A stretch of 64,000 nucleotides of DNA from an uncultured Verrucomicrobiae bacterium (GTDB taxonomy: Bacteria; Verrucomicrobiota; Verrucomicrobiia; Chthoniobacterales; JAFAMB01), in the NCBI GenBank assembly GCA_963782115.1, contig CAWAIK010000001.1, forward strand, positions 832,001 through 896,000, read 5' to 3'. Numbering within the stretch: position 1 is the first letter of the stretch; the number at the start of each line of letters is the position of its first letter. Below, one piece after another: positions 60,424 through 64,000 of the stretch. Made by a program: the position numbers and the translations under genes. Below the pieces are notes generated by a model that was not told where the DNA came from, searched no databases, and saw only the letters and a list, made by a program, of their open reading frames with translations.

Positions 60424-62736
60424 ATGAACTCTGGAAAAGAGAAGCGGACGCCAACCGATGCGCAATCGTCGGAATCGACGCCTGTTGTCAATGTCTGTTC
60501 GATTTGCGGTACAACCCTACTCTCCGACGACGCGACCGGTCTGTGTCCTGTCTGTCTGATCAGGAATGCGATCAACCAAGGGGGGATGGGAGACAACCTG
60601 GTTACCGAAGGCATCCTTGGTGAGTCCGTGGCAGAGACTGCGGATGTTGCCGCGAGAAGGTTTGGTCACTATGAAATTCTGATCCGGCCGGACAGTACCC
60701 TCGAAGAACTCGGTCACGGTGCCATGGGCATCACCTTCAAGGCAGTAGACATAAATCTCCGAGTTCCGGTCGCGCTAAAGATTTTGAATCTGCGGTTTTT
60801 TCAGGAAGAGACGGCGCGCAGACGATTTTTGCGCGAGGCTCGAGCTGCCGCCAGTGTTCGCCATCCGAATGTGGCGTCCGTTTATCATCTTGGCTCCCGT
60901 GGGCGTGAAATATTTTATGCCATGGAGTTCGTCGACGGCGAGACGCTTGAAGTTCTCGTCAATCGTTCCGGTCGATTGAAGGTTAGCGTGGCGTTGGAAA
61001 TTGTCGCCCAAGTCGCTGCGGGGCTGAGTGCTGTACACAAGCAGAACTTGGTACATCGGGATATCAAACCGACCAACATCATGGTTAGGCTGGAAGAGGG
61101 AACCAGCGAAATCGTAAAAATTATCGACCTCGGCCTGGCCAAGCTGGTAGACGAACCACTTTCTTTTTCCGCTATCTCAATCCCAGGCTCCTTTGCAGGT
61201 ACACCAACGTTTGCGAGCCCCGAGCAATTCGCCGGAATCCCAGTAGACATCCGTTCGGATCTGTACTCTCTTGGCGTGACGCTGTGGGATACCTTAACCG
61301 GCAAACCGCCGTTCAGCGGTACCCCGGCTAAGGTGATGCATGAGCATCTGCATGCGCCCTTGCCTCTCAAAGAGCTAAAGGGTGTCCCTCAGCCAGTCGT
61401 TGTTTTACTCCAAGCGCTCCTGGAAAAGGACCCGGCACGGCGTTTCCAGAACCCCGCTGAGCTCTTGAAGGTGATGCCGATGGTAACAGGCGCTGTCGAG
61501 GCTGGGCGTACCATCGACCGCCGGAGCCTACAGCAGATTCGCATTGAACGAGTCAGGCTGCATCAGAAAGCGACGGAGAATCTCAGCGCGTACGATCTTT
61601 ATCTTCGCGGGATGGCACTGGTTGACCTGGTTGACCGAGAGGCTAACCAGAAAGCGATCGAGTTTTTCAAGAAGGCTATCAAGCAGGATCGAAATTTTGC
61701 TTTAGGATACGTCGGACTGGCGCGTGCCTACGTCGAGGAGGAAGGCTTCGGAGGCGAGAAATCCCTCCTCGACTCTGCAGTTAAGTTCTGCAGGCTTGCC
61801 ATCGCACTCGATCCCAGGGAGGTACGCGGCTACGACCAGCTTGCCCGAGCATATAATTCGAAAGGCTGGTATCCGCAATGTGATGAGGCGCTTCAAAAGG
61901 CGCTTGAGCTTGACCCCGACGACGGCCGCAGTAACGCGCTGGCAGCACGGAGAGCGCTGGCGAAACAGCAGTTCGGCGAGTCCTATAAGTATTTCCGGAA
62001 AGCCCATTTGTTAAGCCCAAAGGAGTCGCGCTGGGTTTATGTTGCCGTTGAGATTATTTTTCGGATGGATCTCGACGATGTGGCTGAGAAATGGATGCAG
62101 GAGGCGCTGGAAAAGGAGGCTAATCCGCAGCGTCATCAAATGATGGAGTGCTACCGCATGCTGTGGCGCCGCAAATTCACCGCTGCCCGAGCGGGCTTCG
62201 CGCGGTTACCGCTTGAACTGAAGGACTACAATTACTCCGTTTCCGACGGCCTCTTTTTTTGCGCAATCGGGGCAGGTGACTGGACGACTATAATTCAATA
62301 TTGCGACGCCCACATTCTGAAGGAGCCCGACCAAATCTGGGCGAGAACATATCTTGGCATTGCCCTGCGAATGTCAGGCCGAGATACCGAAGCCCGAGAA
62401 GCGGCCGCGCAAGTCTTGGAGTGCGGACTCGAGCGATTGGAAAGACCGGCTCAATCGGACGCGCCTTGGGATGTCCCTTTATATGTCGCCTGGGCCTGCC
62501 GTCTTCTTGATGACAAAAGCGAGGCCTATCGGCATTTAGAAAATTATCTCGCCCATCGGACTCTTCTGGAAATCCCATTCGGCCTCCGCAATCCGATACT
62601 GGATGTCTTCAAGAGCGATCCTGAGTTCAACGCCATCCTGGCGGACATATATCAAAGATTTGAGGTTGCCCGGCGATCGATTCGACAGCACGACGCTGAC
62701 TCGGCTAGACGCTCGAAAAGCACTCGGGCTTCGTAG
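60424..62736 (+). CDS. Serine/threonine protein kinase with TPR domain
   Basis: N-terminal CxxC...CxxC, LGHGAMG, VALK, HRDIKPTN, DLGLAK, SPEQ, then AYDLYLRG and TPRs. Confidence 0.95.
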   Translation: MNSGKEKRTPTDAQSSESTPVVNVCSICGTTLLSDDATGLCPVCLIRNAINQGGMGDNLVTEGILGESVAETADVAARRFGHYEILIRPDSTLEELGHGAMGITFKAVDINLRVPVALKILNLRFFQEETARRRFLREARAAASVRHPNVASVYHLGSRGREIFYAMEFVDGETLEVLVNRSGRLKVSVALEIVAQVAAGLSAVHKQNLVHRDIKPTNIMVRLEEGTSEIVKIIDLGLAKLVDEPLSFSAISIPGSFAGTPTFASPEQFAGIPVDIRSDLYSLGVTLWDTLTGKPPFSGTPAKVMHEHLHAPLPLKELKGVPQPVVVLLQALLEKDPARRFQNPAELLKVMPMVTGAVEAGRTIDRRSLQQIRIERVRLHQKATENLSAYDLYLRGMALVDLVDREANQKAIEFFKKAIKQDRNFALGYVGLARAYVEEEGFGGEKSLLDSAVKFCRLAIALDPREVRGYDQLARAYNSKGWYPQCDEALQKALELDPDDGRSNALAARRALAKQQFGESYKYFRKAHLLSPKESRWVYVAVEIIFRMDLDDVAEKWMQEALEKEANPQRHQMMECYRMLWRRKFTAARAGFARLPLELKDYNYSVSDGLFFCAIGAGDWTTIIQYCDAHILKEPDQIWARTYLGIALRMSGRDTEAREAAAQVLECGLERLERPAQSDAPWDVPLYVAWACRLLDDKSEAYRHLENYLAHRTLLEIPFGLRNPILDVFKSDPEFNAILADIYQRFEVARRSIRQHDADSARRSKSTRAS

Positions 62737-62760
62737 ACTTGCGTAAAATCAGCAGACGCT

Positions 62761-63576
62761 TCATCGAGCGCCTTCGCCAGTGCCCTGTCCCCGAATTGGT
62801 TTTTCTTCACTCGGCGCAGCTCCGCCGGCAGCCAGCAGCGCCTCACAAAGAGCATGTAACTCCGAGTCGACTTCAGCGGGGTCGACAAGGGTTTGGGCTA
62901 CCTCTTCCCTCAGTACTGCGGTGAAACGCTTCCGAAGGCGAAAAATTAACGTTTTGACGCCTGCGACGCTCAATCCGAGTTCGTCCGCAACTCGTCGATA
63001 AGAACTCACCTCCTCCTGGTCAGCCTTCACCAGGTACAGTTTGAGTCTCTCAAAGATTTGGGTCTTGCCTTGCCGAACATATTCCTCGCGCAAACGACTC
63101 GTAACTCGAGCCAGCAAGGTCGTTGCCCAACGCGCATCGAATACCTTTTCGGGGGTAAGATCCTCGGCGGGTTCGACTCGGTAGCGATACTCAGCCTCCT
63201 CCTCATCGAGGGAAACGACCTCGCAGCCTCCCCCTCGCTTTGCAGCACGGCCCTTGCGCCAGGACACAGACATATGATTCTTGAAGGAGGCCAGCAAAAA
63301 GGAACGGAATCTTCCCTTTTCCGGGCCGACACGGGTAAAAGCTTCCTTTTCCAAGAGGTGAAGAAAGAAACTCTGGGTCAGATCCTCTGCGTCGGCAGCG
63401 TCATGCCCACTGCGTCTGGCGAACGCATACAGAGGATACCAATACAGTTTGCAAAGTTCTGATAATGCCGCACGGGATTTCGGAGCTTGAACGTCGACAG
63501 AGTTCAAAATTAGACTCCACCGCGTGGTCCGAAACACCCCATCCCCACCAGCCGAACTAGAGCTTCCCGCTTTCAC
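62761..63576 (-). CDS. ECF sigma-70 factor (kinase-associated type)
   Basis: FRTTRWSLI, YWYPLYAFAR, AEDLTQSFF, GRFRSFLL and KRGGG. Confidence 0.9.
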   Translation of the reverse strand: MKAGSSSSAGGDGVFRTTRWSLILNSVDVQAPKSRAALSELCKLYWYPLYAFARRSGHDAADAEDLTQSFFLHLLEKEAFTRVGPEKGRFRSFLLASFKNHMSVSWRKGRAAKRGGGCEVVSLDEEEAEYRYRVEPAEDLTPEKVFDARWATTLLARVTSRLREEYVRQGKTQIFERLKLYLVKADQEEVSSYRRVADELGLSVAGVKTLIFRLRKRFTAVLREEVAQTLVDPAEVDSELHALCEALLAAGGAAPSEEKPIRGQGTGEGAR

Positions 63577-63800
63577 GCTTTCACCCGCAAGGCTGTTATA
63601 ATCGGTTCGCGAAAAGTTCTCAATTCCTTTATTCTCGGGCTGAGCAGCCTTCGTTCGAACCCGGGGAGATGATCAAACTTTTTTACTTATCTTTTTGTGT
63701 ACCTGAAACTGACGGTGCCGGAATTCATTTGTAACAGCTAGCTGCCTTGTAATCGGCCGAGAATATCCGGAGCCAAAAAACAACTCACCAATCAATCCAA

Positions 63801-64000
63801 ATGGACTCTACCGCGATGGAAACATTGGGAACCACAGTGACGGCCAAGTCGATTAAAATTTACGGGAAGGATTATACGATATATGGGGATGACGAATACC
63901 TCCGCGGCATTGGCGACGAATTCGAACCCGATACGGTTGCCCCGTTTGCTTCGCTTTGCGGCAGGGACTCGCGCGTTCTCGATGTTGGCGCAAATATTGG
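63801..64000 (+). CDS. FkbM family methyltransferase (5' part)
   Basis: Hand translation MDSTAM...FEPDT...RVLDVGANIG, running off the window edge. Confidence 0.8.
   Translation, partial: MDSTAMETLGTTVTAKSIKIYGKDYTIYGDDEYLRGIGDEFEPDTVAPFASLCGRDSRVLDVGANI

Noticed and set aside
63630..63670. tRNA-like GTTCGAACCC motif
   Set aside because: No cloverleaf, D-arm or acceptor stem could be built.

Overview
This looks like chromosomal backbone from a moderately GC-rich bacterium, probably Verrucomicrobia (Chthoniobacterales-like). That placement is inferred from gene content only. Most of the window is housekeeping: an argZ/agrE-like gene running off the left edge (missed by the ORF track), recQ, mscS, ftsH-cbpA-cbpM, a moxR-Bat operon, icd, marR-tolC-pgeF, rpmE-prfA-prmC-murA, fabF, guaB3, exbB-exbD-tonB-like with mglA/mglB, rpoN plus an enhancer-binding protein, cbiX plus DR2241-like, aroC, gatB, and a Ser/Thr kinase facing an ECF sigma factor. 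Mobile DNA comprises one complete two-ORF ISKra4/ISLre2-like element with 24-bp perfect inverted repeats, a group II intron 5' remnant, MITE-like ends, and a decayed phage-like/ligD fragment. The main unexplained signal is a set of intergenic 6-9 bp tandem-repeat tracts, often arranged as inverted arms around a short unique spacer. The IS, the intron remnant and the ligD fragment all lie inside or end at such a tract. Other notable points are an in-frame amidohydrolase::DD-carboxypeptidase fusion, an MglA/MglB plus Exb/TonB/Zn-ribbon cluster, and a RecQ motif VI Arg-to-Pro change. I found no rRNA, tRNA or CRISPR array. Family assignments come from motif recognition by eye, not database searches.
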